From Octopus bimaculoides (lineage: Eukaryota), in assembly GCF_001194135.2 (NCBI RefSeq), contig NC_068997.1, positions 29,794,201 to 29,841,958 of the forward strand: a stretch of 47,758 nucleotides of DNA, in the 5' to 3' direction. Under the pieces are notes generated by a model. It saw nothing but the letters and a program-made list of their open reading frames with translations. It was not told the origin of the DNA and ran no database searches. Below, in pieces: positions 23,280 to 35,910 of this stretch (positions are counted from its first letter, which is position 1; every line of letters starts with the position of its first letter). Both the position numbers and the translations under genes were made by a program.

Positions 23280-24235
23280 CATCACCTAAGCTTTGCTCCA
23301 TGCAGAAACTGCATGAATCTATTTGAGAGATATTGCAAGCCCTCCTTCTGGTGCTGATTAAAACCAATACTGTGCCGGAAACCCTTCTGTATCATCAGGT
23401 ATCTCAAGGTCACAAGCTTTTCACCCCTTGGCCTGTACACTTCACCCATGTAGGGCAACGAGGAATGGATTAGCCTTTTTCTGCAGAATGGTTTCTTCTG
23501 CAGTTCCTTGTCACCCACAGTTACCTTGAGCTCGTTTCAGCTGCCATACCTATCTCCTTGGTGACTGTCTTCAGTTGTATGAGTTTTAAACCAATCTTCT
23601 GCTGGAAATAGCAAACTGATCTTGTGGGAAAGCTCCAACCAAGTCCCATTGTTTGGCTTCCTTCGGTTGGTGAGAAATGTCAAGTCTGTCGTCCCGTGGC
23701 AATTTGAGTTTGGCCATGATGATTGTTTTTGCATTCCTGGATAGCAGGGACATGTCTGGTTGGAGCCTTACTGCTGCCACTTCCTCTGGAAGATGAATCT
23801 ACTCTTTAGATCCACTTGCATCTTCCCATCTGAGACAGGATTCATAATAGAAATATCTGGTCAAAATGTGATTCTGCGTGCAAAGAATTGCTCTACACTG
23901 TTTGCAGGATGGGTCCTCCTCTTTGCCCCGTATTTTAAGGTTATTTGAGGTTGGCAGGAGCACACTGCGTACTGGAAGAAGGACAGTTTTCCTTGGTCAG
24001 TATTCCAGAGTTCCCTCCAGGATAGTGGTGCTTGAGTGCCTGATCCCACTATATCAATTATCCTTGACTGGCAAGTCCTAATTCTTTAACATGGCAACCT
24101 TCTTCTGTTGAATCACAAATCTTTTGTACTATGAGCTCTCTTTTGCCCCTGGTGTTGGTATTTTCCCATTTTGATGCTGTAGTTGCCAAGTCCTAGCCAT
24201 CTTTGATAGACTACTCCAACAATCTCTTATTCTTT
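23280..24235 (-). mobile_element. Decayed 3' fragment of a HERO-type (RLE, R2/NeSL group) non-LTR retrotransposon
   Basis: Frameshifted minus translation: GLGNYSIK..WENTNTRGKRELIVQKIC..ASQG; PLSWRELWNTDQGKLSFF; LLPTSNNLKIRGKEEDPSCKQC..CTQNHIL (zinc-knuckle-like); EVAAVRLQPDMSLLSRNAKTIIMAKLKLP..LDISHQPKEAK (PD-(D/E)xK RLE motif); KEIGMAAETSSR*LW. The motif order matches HERO ORF C-termini as I recall them. Confidence 0.8.
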
Positions 24236-24562
24236 TCTACTCTAGGCACAAGACCTGAAATGTTTCTGTGCAACACTCTTATGCAAATAATACAACCCTT
24301 CACTTTTCATGTCACCATCCACTCACAGCCTACACACCTCACGATGGACATGCGCTAACTTCATGAATAATGTCATACAATGAAGATGTGACTACTTAGT
24401 CTCCTGCAACTGCATCAAAACACACTGAATGTTTGCAGCTATTGTGCAAAATACATGTGCAACTTACGTAAAAATACTGCTCCCATCTGAGCTACACATG
24501 AACACATTGCTGACTGCATACCCCCCTACAAGTTCATTGACCATCACTTACCAATACATGTA

Positions 24563-24797
24563 GTAAGGTCACAAGCTGGCAGAAATGTTAGCAGGTTGGG
24601 CAAACTGCCCAGCGGTGTTTCGTCTGCTGTTACATTTTGAGTTCAAATTCCACCGGGGTCAACTTTGCCTTTCATCCTTTTGGGGTCGATTAAATGAGGA
24701 CCAGATACACACTGGGGTCAATGTAATTGGCTTAATCCCTTTGTCTGTCCTTGTCTGTCCCCTCTATCTTTAGCCCCTTGTGGGCAATAAAGAAATA
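24563..24797 (+). mobile_element. SINE family E with 10-bp TSD
   Basis: GAGTTCAAATTCC (B-box-like), CTTTGCCTTTCATCCTTTTGGGGTCGATTAAATGAG central domain, A-rich end; TSD AATACATGTA at 24553-24562 and 24798-24807. Fragments at ~11500-11575, 12090-12190, 32505-32640 and 43705-43855. Confidence 0.8.
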
Positions 24798-26249
24798 AAT
24801 ACATGTAATCACTTACTCACACCTATCAGTTGTGTCCTCCATCTGATTCTTCTTGTGTTACTACAAAAGTCTTGACTCTTGAACTAGCTAGCTGTAAACT
24901 ATATCCATTATTCTTCTTGTAATTCCTATTGTGCTTCACTCATCAAAACCCTACACCAAACACTCCCAGAACTGCAACGCTCTGGAACACTTTTGCAGAA
25001 ATTCAAGATGATCATTAGCTGATTTGACCTCCCCAGTCTGTGAAGGCCTCCATAGGTCACAGTGTTAGATTAAAAAACAAAAATATATGAGTCTGGCTGA
25101 GCTTGATTGGAAACTGAAATGGAAGTGAGGTAAGAATGAAAGATCAATAATTAGAGAAGATTTGAGTTTGGTGCCTTGGAAATAGGAAATAGTATTATAT
25201 TTACCAGTTAGGGACTTGAAACGATGTATAAAACCTAAGCAGAGTTCTTACAAGAACCCTTTTGATTTGAACTGTGTTTTCCGATAACAGGGTTGGTTAT
25301 CTACTAATTACTATATCAAGAGAAATATTATCTGTTATGGAAGCAGACGTTAAATGGTGATGATGATAAGAAAATAAAATGGAGCAGATCTTATCATGCA
25401 ATTTTCATTGTTCTTTAGTTCCTTCTAACTACTTCTCTTCAAGTTTTCTCCTACCACAACCAAATCCACAACACTTTCTCATGCCTTATGCATCATTAAT
25501 TGCCATTCCATGTCCAAATCAATACAATCATGGAAATTATTGGTTGATTGGAAATTATGATGTAATGGACTCCAACAATATCGACAGAATTTGAATCTGG
25601 TTAGGGCAGCGAGGTGGTCGTGGGTTTCTTATGCAAAGGAAGAGAAAGGTATGTTTATTAGTTGACGGTTGGTTACCTGCAAGTCAACAATAAAGGTTGT
25701 AAGGAAGACGTTATCTGTTATGCAAAAATAAACAACTAAAATGGCACAGATTTCATCATAAGTTTCATACTGTTTATATTCTCACCAGATCTATTACTTG
25801 GAGGGTTTAGGTATCAGGCCTGAGGATTTGAAAATGAGAGACAGATGCTTAAAAGTAGATCGTTATACTACAGAGAAGACATACCTGCAGGCACTTTACC
25901 AATTGTTGGGTGGTGGTGGCAGTAGTAGAATAATAGTAGTTGTCATAGTAATGTAATAATGATAGCAGTTATAGTGAAAAGTGCCTTAGTGTGGAAGGTA
26001 AGCTTCATGTCTCTTGTGTGTTTGACCTGGTTTCATTTCCCAGTTGTTGCTAATTTCACTTCAGCTATATTATCACTATGCACTAGGGAAATGTATGACT
26101 ATTATCACCCCCCCCCCCAAAAAAAAAAACAAGTTTCATGACTACTTGCAGAAAGTAACAGGATATCACTCCAGTGTAGCAACACTTTGAGAAAGTTGGA
26201 TGGAATCATAACTACAGCTGAAAACTGATATGCTTCAAAACAAATAGAT

Positions 26250-26281
<32 letters not shown>

Positions 26282-26910
26282 TGTATCTCTTGTGCTTTAG
26301 TGAGGTATTTATCTTGTAGTGGACACCAGTTTGGGAGGAGTTTAATGAAATGTAAGATGGATTTTTGTTATGGTTGCTGCTGTTGTTGCACATCAGCCAA
26401 TTAAATATTGTTTGCATCAGAGTTAGGTATTGAAACTGAAGGCAAAGTAGACGAAGATGATTGGGTCCCTTATCTAGAGCCGACCATTAGGGTAGCATTC
26501 AATTGTTCCCATCAAATTCTCTGAGGATTTTGGTCTGGAAATGGTTTTCCTTTGCTTTTTTCCAGAGGACTTGAACTCAGCATTGCAATCTAATTTTAGT
26601 AATTTTCCTGTTTCTTACTATGTTCACTTTTACCCACTTGTACATGGTACCTGTTTACAGCTAGGTAGACTGAACCAAGTGTCATGGCTGTGTTAAAGTG
26701 CAGAGCAGCTTGGGTTACAGTGACACAAGCTCAGGTCATTATTCTGTAGTTCGACCTTTTTTTGATGGTATCCAGTTGCAACAAAAATTGCTATATTTAT
26801 GTCATTCAGCCAATGGTCAATCCTGAGTGAGCAAATCTGTTACTAGAAGTACTCCAGCTCTGACCATTCTATCCTTTTTTGCAGATGCAATGATTCCAGA
26901 GCAACATCAT

Positions 26911-27128
26911 CCCTTTAGCCTTCTGATTACTCTGTCACATGTAATGCTCATTTTTCATTGTTTCGAATTAATCAGATATTTTCTTGTAGCTTTGAGATTC
27001 CAATGATGTGAGTGTTTATTTTTCGAATAGCATTGTAGGATAGGTCTGAAAGGCCAGATCTGACCAGTTGGAACATTGTGAAAGGTAGATTATTTTGGCC
27101 AGATATGGTCGGTTTAAATGCTAAAGGG
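26911..27128 (+). mobile_element. piggyBac-type MITE (~220 bp), most complete copy
   Basis: TIR CCCTTTAGC(A/C)TT...AATGCTAAAGGG; other copies of the family are flanked by TTAA. Confidence 0.7.
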
Positions 27129-27742
27129 TTATACTACAGTGTGTTCTTTTTTTTTAAAGATGGTTAGATGGGATTCCTAGATGATTTGGATGTTGTTCCT
27201 AGCAGGTCATATGACTGTACAGAGACTTCCTATTAGAAATTTCAACTGGTACTGCTACTACTAGTATTGTCTGTTGGCTGGGACATTTAATATATTTCCT
27301 AGCCATGACTAGTGTTTGCTGATGAATATGATTGTTGCCCTGGAATTTGGTAGTTGAAACCAGTTCACTCTACGTGATTTGCACTTCATTTTTGTGATGC
27401 TCTGAAGTGGAAGACAGGTTTCCATGCAAGAAGTCTGCAGTCTAGTTCCAAATCTAAGTTGCAGCTGTTTTACTTATTAATGTCTTTGTGAAAGACAAGT
27501 GTGTAACGCTGCTACCTTATTTGGTTTTGTACTTAACTGGAGAAAGCAATGAGAAATCATTCCAGTGTTAGAGTCAGAATACATTTTTGTCCAGAAAAAT
27601 AATTGTTAGCAATATTTATACTTCCATTATTGAAGTGGGTTTGTATGTGCCATATTTCTGGTAATAACATAATTTCCTCAGGCTGATAACTTCTGTTAAG
27701 GTTCATAGAATAGAAACAAGATATTTTTTTTGTTAATGCCAG

Positions 27743-27763
27743 AATATGCAGAAGACATTGCAG
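27743..27763 (+). CDS. Candidate 21-nt symmetric microexon
   Basis: TTTTTTTTGTTAATGCCAG|AATATGCAGAAGACATTGCAG|GTGAGA. Confidence 0.2.
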
Positions 27764-27995
27764 GTGAGAAGTGTCATCTATCTCTTCAACCTGACACCTG
27801 AAACAGAAACTGGTATTTGAAGTAAGTACTAATACACATGTTAGTGCCATGCTATGAGAAACTAGCATGACAATATTGTCTAGCTGTAACTCAAGTATTT
27901 GTTACCATTATTTGTCTGGTGCCAAAGTAGATTTGCTACATTAATGTTCATAAGCTAGTTTTAGTGTCTTCCTTTTTGATTGGTACGATCAATAT

Positions 27996-28138
27996 ACTAG
28001 TGTTTGTTGAGTCTAAATGACATAACAGTGTTTAATTAATGTGATTAATGTACTAGTGTTTGATTGATGGATTTAATGTATTATTAGTGTTGTAAATAAT
28101 AAACTAGTGTTTGGTGTCAGAGATGTACCAGTGTTTGG
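27996..28138. repeat. Degenerate ~20-31-bp minisatellite with core ACTAGTGTTTG
   Basis: Core or variant at 27996, 28025, 28052, 28083, 28103 and 28127. Confidence 0.7.
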
Positions 28139-29520
28139 TAAATGCGATGCATTAATATTTGATTGTTATTAGATCTGGAATCCAAGGAAACTGATGGCAG
28201 TTGGCATTGATAAACGTTAATCCATAAAAATTGGCAGAAAAGTAGATTTCAGTGAATTGATTTACTTATGGGGAGTGAAAAAACCCAAGATTTTGGACAT
28301 TTCTTCTTTGGAGAGAAAGAACAAATGTTCAAAATTGCCAATCAATCTACTGTTCTTTTTTTTTCCTGCAGACTTTTGATGTAATGAATGGCAAATTCAA
28401 AATGCCAGCCAATTTTAAAGAAAATAAAACAAACTAAAACTTGAAATGTTATTTATTGTTCTCAAACAATGGTTTTTTTTTTATGATAATAGTTCTTGTT
28501 ATACTAGCTTTGTAGCTCTTTGAGATGTCTCTTGGAGACTCAAAGTGTGAAAGAGATCTTAAAGTGTAAAAGGTTATTTATTAACCAAGCAGTCAACTCC
28601 TTGCTGTAAATAACAAGTATGTCGTACACCAAGTGTGAAATTATCAAGAACTCCTCTTTCCTGTTACACTGCTTATTACAGTAATAGTTTGAATGTCAAC
28701 ATTGATAAACATTTGTTGTTGATAATAAAAAGATAAGGAATGACAAGTAGGGGGGGGGCTGGTGTTAAGCCTACTTAACCCTAATATTTAGTAGGTTGTT
28801 TCATCTACTTAACCTTAACACTTATTGGACACTTGGTCCACTTAACAGTGAGGTGGGGGTGGGTTCACAACAGATTTGATCTACTTAAACCTTACCACTT
28901 GAGGGACTCCCTGTCTGTTCCACCCAAACACTTTTCGGTTGTGTTGGTTGTACTTGGGCTGATATATTAATCGTAATTGTTAACTAGATTTCACAGTGGA
29001 GACCAAATTTTCCATTTTGCTTCTCTAATGTCATTTACAATTCCTTTGTCTTAGTGTTTGTTGTTTTCTCTTCTTTATTATGTTCAAGGGACTTTTTTTT
29101 TTAGAATTATTTTTGCAATTCCATGAAATGTGTGTATACATGCACACATATACATGCACAATGACATCACTGGTGTTATGGCAAAATAAGGTTACATGAT
29201 TTTACACTGAAGGGTATTGTCAAGTAGAGCCACTAATTTCGGGATACAATCTGTAATTTCGCCCTCACAGGAACTTGGATAAATTCTAAGAATTTGAAAA
29301 AAAAAAATTACAATGCATTTGTGTGTGTATGCATCACTATAAACACATTATGTGAGGTAGAATTTTTGACTGAATATTTGTGTGTTTGTGGATATTTCCT
29401 TGGGTCACAGGGAATCTCTCTCATTTTTTTCTCTCTCACTATATGTATGAGAAAATATGCAAAAAAAATACGCACATCATGATTCGGACAAAAATTTCAA
29501 AACATTTCTGTACTTACAGT

Positions 29521-29570
29521 TATGGTTATGGTGTTAGGGTCAGGGTTAGGGTTTTAGGGTTAGTGTTGGG
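29521..29570 (+). repeat. Degenerate TTAGGG-like array
   Basis: TATGGTTATGGTGTTAGGGTCAGGGTTAGGGTTTTAGGGTTAGTG, next to an N-gap. Confidence 0.6.
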
Positions 29571-30129
29571 GAAAAAAAGTCGAAGTTGAAGAAGTNNNNN
29601 NNNNNNNNNNNNNNNNNNNNNNNNNNNNNNNNNNNNNNNNNNNNNNNNNNNNNNNNNNNNNNNNNNNNNNNNNNNNNNNNNNNNNNNNNNNNNNNNNNNN
29701 NNNNNNNNNNNNNNNNNNNNNNNNNNNNNNNNNNNNNNNNNNNNGAGGGGCTTTGGTCGTTTAACACCACCATAATCATCATCATCATCATCATCATCAT
29801 CATAATGTATAAGGTAATTATATTCCAACAAATAATGGAGTCTGTGAGGTGGGGACAGTCAATCATTTGCATCTGGTGGGCTTTTGGTGATGTTAACATT
29901 TAAAAAACATCCAAATATCTGTATTCATCGATCCTCATCAAAGACTGAATGGATGAAATAATCTCAAGTGTGGATATCTAATCCTGATTATTTAGCTTTA
30001 ACTAACATATATCAAATTCTATACACACTTCTAACACAGTCGTGTATTAAACATTTTTTTTTCTTTTTGTACCATGAAATAACACCACTAATATGTGTAT
30101 TTGTTTGTTTGTTTGTGTGTATGTGTGTG

Positions 30130-30430
30130 TGTGATCATCATTTTGATGTCCATTTTCCATGCTTGCATGGGTTGGACAGAGAATATTGAGGCAGATTTTC
30201 TATGGCTGGATGCCTTTCTTGTCACCAACCCTTGTTTCTAAGGAAGGTAGTATTTCTTCATGGTCAGGCACATACTTGGCTATGTGGTCAAGAAGCTCAG
30301 TTCACGGTCATGTGGTCCTGGGTTCAGTCCCACTGCATCGCATCTTGGTCAAATATCTTGTACTTTAGCACTGTGCTTGTGATTGGATTCAGGACGGAGA
30401 AACTGTCATATGTATGCGTGTATATATACA
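30130..30430. mobile_element. Family A SINE fragments
   Basis: Minus tail type 2 at 30130-30262; plus head at 30275-30430. Confidence 0.6.
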
Positions 30431-30469
30431 CACACACACACATGCGTGAAAGACTGAGATAACTAGCAT

Positions 30470-31612
30470 TTTGTTGTGCCTGAGAAGACCCATCCACCAC
30501 AGTAGAAATGATATCCTAAACACCCTTGGGTTAGGGTTGTAAGCGTGGGACCCTGTTTCCCCTCCACTTTCTCTGCTCTGCCAAGTACTTCCCCCACATC
30601 TCACCCCCTATGACTCTTTTCTGTTGCTGCAATCACCTGAGAGCAGAATAAGGCATGTATCACATCACCTCCCTTTTGGTTGCCTTTCTGCCTGCCCCTA
30701 GAACCACTCCCATCTCTCATTATCTTCCTTGCTCACTAATCAACTCCTTTCTGGGCCTTCAGCCATTGATCTCTTTCTCTCTCTCTCTCTCTCTCTCTCC
30801 TCTCTTATACTCCATTCTTCAACCACCTTCAATGCCCTCCCATATCCACCATAGCCTCCACCTCCTCCACTGAACCGCTCCTATATTTCTCACTATAGTT
30901 TGCTACTGTCACCTCTTTCCCATCTCTGACCATCTCCCCCTCACACTTTCATGTTACATTCCCCTCTGTCACCCCTGCCCACTCACCCTATCCAATCCTC
31001 CATCCCACTTATATTCAGCCCCACCCTACATTTAGGGTACAATGGGGTTGACACATCTCCACCACTCTCTCTTTCTCCCAAACCCTATTGTTTCTCTCCT
31101 TCCTTTCCAGCTGGAGTAGCCATGTGTCTCCTCTGTAGCAAGACACCTATTCTCTGTCTCTCTATTACACTTTAATTTCCCAACTGGTACAAAACTGCAA
31201 TACCCACCTCAATACTAATCAACACTCCCTGTCAAGGGGTTTTTGTTTTGCAAGTTACCTGGTGACCCCACTGGTGCCACATAAAAAGCACCCAGTACAC
31301 TATGGAAAATGGTTGGCATTAGGAAAGGCATCTGGCTGTTGAAACGATGCCAAAGCTGACAGTGGTGCCTAGCACAGTCTTCTGATTTGCCAGCTCCTGT
31401 CAAACCATCCAACCTGTACCAGCGTAGAAAACAGACATTAAATGACGATGATGATGAAGATATATGAGAGTGGTTGGTGTTAGGAAGGGCATCCAGCTGT
31501 AGAAATCCTGTCAAAACAGTCACAGAAGTCAGGTGCAGGCTTCTGCTTGGCCAACTCTTGTAAAACCATCCCACCCATGCTAGCATGGAAGGCAGACATT
31601 AAAGGATGATGA
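30470..31612 (+). mobile_element. Long family C element with pyrimidine-rich interior plus a second partial copy
   Basis: Head TTTTGTTGTGCCTGAGAAGAC (shared with ~39460), CT-rich body, tail ending (TGA)n at ~31456, and a second tail copy at 31468-31612. Confidence 0.6.
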
Positions 31613-31765
31613 TTTTATATATATATATAAATACAATTTGACAAGTTCTAGAGAGGAACGAAAGTGCTAATAATAATGAAGAAATAAAAGGATTTTTTCC
31701 CAAAATCCCGACGACTTTTTTTCTCAATATTCAATTCTGTGCATCACACCTAACGCTCTATATAC

Positions 31766-31818
<53 letters not shown>

Positions 31819-33109
31819 CTGAGCAGCTGTGTGTGTGTGGCAAGCCTGAACCTCCAACTCACAAATACAGCCCATCCGATGGTATTTTATGTAGGTTTTC
31901 ATCTACCCTGTTGTACTTATACAATTTGGTTCAACTTAAGGTTGTGGATGAAAACACTTGCCCAAGGTGCTACATAATTCTTAAACATACAAATATACAA
32001 ATACATATTTTTCATATAAATATCGTTGATTGGAGCCTAATGCTGCTCTATTTACCAGTGATGAAGTTCTTCAGTCTGCAGATGGAGGTTTTAGTTTGAA
32101 TACACCAATGGTTTTGAGATAATTAATTAATTTGATTTTGTTGCTTTATGGTTCACAACAATGGCTAAATACCATTAAGAATGGATGTGAGTTGGTTCCA
32201 CTCTGTCTATTAATGTATCCAAATGCATGCGTGAATGCACATACACACACATGTATGCATTTATCTTTCTACACATGTGCCATGCTCATTGTATATATGT
32301 TCATGGATATATAATGGTGTTAGAGTGTATATAAATGTATATATTTGTACATACTTATATTATTGTGTGTATACATATTTATGTATGTGTGTGTGCTAGT
32401 AGGTTTCTCTGCATATGTATCTGTAGATATATATATATGTGTGTATGTGTATGTACTTATGATATTGAATAGTGAGTTCCCAGAATCACAAGAATAATGG
32501 ATAAAATGCTTTGCAGGATTTTGATATTCTGATTCATTACATTCCGAGTTCCAGTCTTGCTCCTGTCTAGTTTATTTTCCTTCCGGTGGGGATTTGATAA
32601 AATAAAATAGCAGTCATTGGGATTCAACCCTCTCTCATCCAGCTGTTATGTCTTGGATATTCTGCTGGGTCAAGCATGGGGTGGGGGTGGGGTTAGGGAA
32701 GAGATGATCAATGGTCTTTTAGCGTGTGAATATGGCATCCAACCCATCGCATCCTTCTATAATCAGCCTCTCTTCTATGTGTGTGTGTTCTCATTCAGGT
32801 TTTAGTGTCTACTAGTTTGTTTTGCTGATTGTTTGCCAACAGTTTTCTCCAAGTAAGACAAGTTCTTTCTTCTTGCTGGGACCTAGTGGGTTATATTTTT
32901 ATCCTCTGATACTCAAGACCCTGGAGTGTAATGGGCTCTCCTAGGTCCATAAAATGCTAAACATATGCCAAATATCATGATGACAGACGTAGAATTCCAC
33001 CAAGGGTCAAGAGCCCATGGTTAGGTGAGACATATACTTTTATATAATGGTGTATGACTATTTACATGCAGGCACACATGTGGTCAGACCAAGGCCATAC
33101 ACACACACA

Positions 33110-33430
33110 TATGTGTGTAGCCCTGGGCTAACCAGAGCTACTTCTAAGTGGATTTGATAGATAGAAACTGAAAGAAGCCTATTGTTTGTGTGTGTGGATG
33201 TATATGGATGCTTCCTTTTTTTGACATTGCATGATAGTTGTGAGTGAGTGATACCATCATAAAAGAGGTGTCCTTTGTTTCCAGTCTTTGTTGAGAACAC
33301 ATCCTCCCAAGAGGAAACAGGCAGGTAAAGGTTGGTGACAACAAAGGCACCTGGCCATAGAAAATCTGCCTCAGTGTATTCCATCTGACCTATGAAAGCA
33401 TGGAAAAGTGGATGTTAAACAATGATGATT
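33110..33430 (+). mobile_element. SINE family A, tail type 2
   Basis: GGATTTGATAGATAGAAACTGAAAGAAGCC..(TG)n..TTCCATCTGACCTATGAAAGCATGGAAAAGTGGATGTTAA..(TGA). A minus head copy also lies at ~31825-31975. Confidence 0.7.
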
Positions 33431-34427
33431 GATCTGTATGTATATCTATGCGTGTGTTTGTGTTAGAGCTCAAGGAGAAACTGTTGTAATACAAGATTGC
33501 TTTGTTTTATTTGCTGTGTGTATGTGTGTGTATTTGTATTGTTTTTTTCACTCTCTGTTTCTTTTTGATATCTAAATATGTTATTAATCCCCTCTCACCT
33601 CTGCCCTTCACCACTGCCACCACCCTCACTTCAGCTCGTATTTTGCTGTAACCTAGTGACTTACATATCTATATGCTGTATGGGTGTGTTTTCATAAGTA
33701 CTTGTGCATGTCTTGTTAATCTGCTATGCCAATTCTCTCCAGAACACTAATGTAAATCGCGTTGATTAGCTAACCCACTCATCTCCCACACTTGCTGAAT
33801 AGAAAAAAAAAAAAATTTTTTCTTTCTGTGTTTGAGCAGTAATAGAGAATAGTGGTGAGATGGATGGCCAAGTGAAAAAAGAAAAAAGAAAAGGAAATAA
33901 TAATAATAAAATGAATGTAAATATTGTTTAAACCCAGAGTAGATTTAAGAGATGGTGTTTAACTTTGATTTAGATTGTGTTAAGTAAATGAGATATGAAA
34001 TCTCTCACTGGTTAGGATGCTAGTCAATTGCAGGTAGCATTCCTATTACTGACAGCTAGGTGAAGCATGGTAATGCAAGTGGTTTACATTGCAAGCTCAG
34101 CATAGAATAAATCAAATAAGACAACAGAATACTTGTTAATTCAGTACCCCCATGGGCCATGTAAATAGTTTTGGACTACAAAGTCAGAATGTAATTGTTG
34201 AAGTAGCTCTGATATTAGAAGCATGGCATTGTATCTTTTTCTAGAGACTTATTAATCTGTTGATTTAGTTGTCAGACCTTGTAAAAGGATGAAGAGGTGA
34301 GCCAGTAGGGTTACTATCCATTTTGTAGACATCTGTTATATCTAGTATTATAACAGTGAGGAGAAGGTGCCATATTGTCATGAGTTTAAGTTTTCTGTCG
34401 CTACCATTTGTGACTTTTCTGCATTAA

Positions 34428-34592
34428 CTGTTTAGCATTCAGATTCCTTTGTCAAATGCATAGCTTATTTATTCAAATTGTTTTGAAATAATCCTGGATT
34501 ATCTCATAGCTTTGAGATTTTGATGATGCAATTGTTTATTTTTAGAATGACATTGTAGGGTCGGTGTGAGAAGCCAGATTTGGCCAGTTTGG
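34428..34592 (+). mobile_element. piggyBac-type MITE, partial copy
   Basis: Internal family sequence, ending where a tRNA-SINE head fragment begins. Confidence 0.6.
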
Positions 34593-35838
34593 TTAAGATC
34601 GCGGGCTACTAACTCCAAGATGGGTGATGTCTTTTGATATTTTTTTCTTTTGTAACAGAATTAAACATTTTATTTGCTTAATCTATCACATACCAAAATA
34701 GAAGATAAGATATTACATCTCATGAACTGAGCGTTCAAATCTTCTGCAATTATTGTGTCTCTGGGTAGGGTGCTTCATTAATTCACCTGCATATTGAAAA
34801 TAGATAGCATAACTATGGGGAGAGATTACTTTTCTGTATATATTAACATTCTATTAAAGATAAGATTCTTAGCATAACTTAACATTACTGAAATTGGAGT
34901 AAAGCACCTGCCCCCAAAAAACCCCACTTCAGTTTATAAAAACTTTTTATGTAATCATATGCAAATCCCTGTGGCTGCTAATCTGAAAATTATCCATTTA
35001 TGAAAGTCAGTTTGTTCTAGATTTTATGTTCATTATGCCTATAGTAAGGTTACTGATATTTTTTTACCAATCTGCTGTTGATACACTTCTTAGAGATGGA
35101 AGTAAGGTTGTTGAAGAGAGAAAATCATGGGCAGTAATAAAGTTTTGGAGAAATGCAGGAGCTGTTGGGGGCAGAAGGATTGTGCTTAATTTAGGTGTGG
35201 GACACAGATGCATTTGCATGAAAGAGGTTGCTGCATTTAGTAATTTTAGCTGTGTGTGTGGAATAGGAACAGTGGCTTAACTGTTTTGGGTTAGTATACA
35301 TTATGAAATACATTGCATTTTAATTAGTTTTGAAAATAATCCAGAATCTTGAAGGATTTGATAAAGTAACTAACCGTTTCCTCATTAAACTGGTGTTCTT
35401 AACATAGTTTATCATAAAGCTTGTTAAAAATAAAATTATGATGGAAGGGTTTAATTTCATTATGGACTCATTAGCTCTAAAAGTCTTGTGCTGCAGTTAT
35501 CTGCACTTGTTACCAAATCTTGAACCACATGAAACTGCTTCAGTTTAGATTGTTGTTGGGTGGTGAAAAATCTAGAACTAAACATTCTTCTATGTGATAA
35601 ATGAAGTTTAGCTTCATTTTACAAAGAATTTCCTGTCAAAGATTTTTGCATCATGTTTTTAAATTTTTTGCATTTATCAAGTAAACTTATTTGGATATTT
35701 TTTTGCTTCTATACTTCTTGTAGTGATTTACAATTGGGTGGCATTATTATTAATGATTTAATTAGGAAATCAATGCCAAAGAATTGACATTTTGTAAATA
35801 TATGTGAAGACACTTATCTTTAATCAATTTGACTTATT

Positions 35839-35910
35839 CAGGTGAAAGTGACATAGCACCTGAGCAGGTGAAAGTGACATAGCACCTGGGCAGGTGAAAG
35901 TGACATAGCA
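35839..35910. repeat. 26-bp tandem repeat, ~2.8 copies
   Basis: CAGGTGAAAGTGACATAGCACCTGRG starting at 35839, 35865 and 35891. Confidence 0.95.

Noticed and set aside
23385-23410. CTGATGA in the HERO 3' region; also CTGATGAG at 45984
   Set aside because: No stem II plus GAAA follows either.
27557-27868. 103-aa minus ORF with acceptor TTTCTGTTTCAG
   Set aside because: No homology recognised, and it conflicts with equally good plus-strand splice signals at the same site.
35839-35910. CRISPR-like palindromic repeat
   Set aside because: Units are contiguous with no spacers, there are no cas genes, and the context is eukaryotic.
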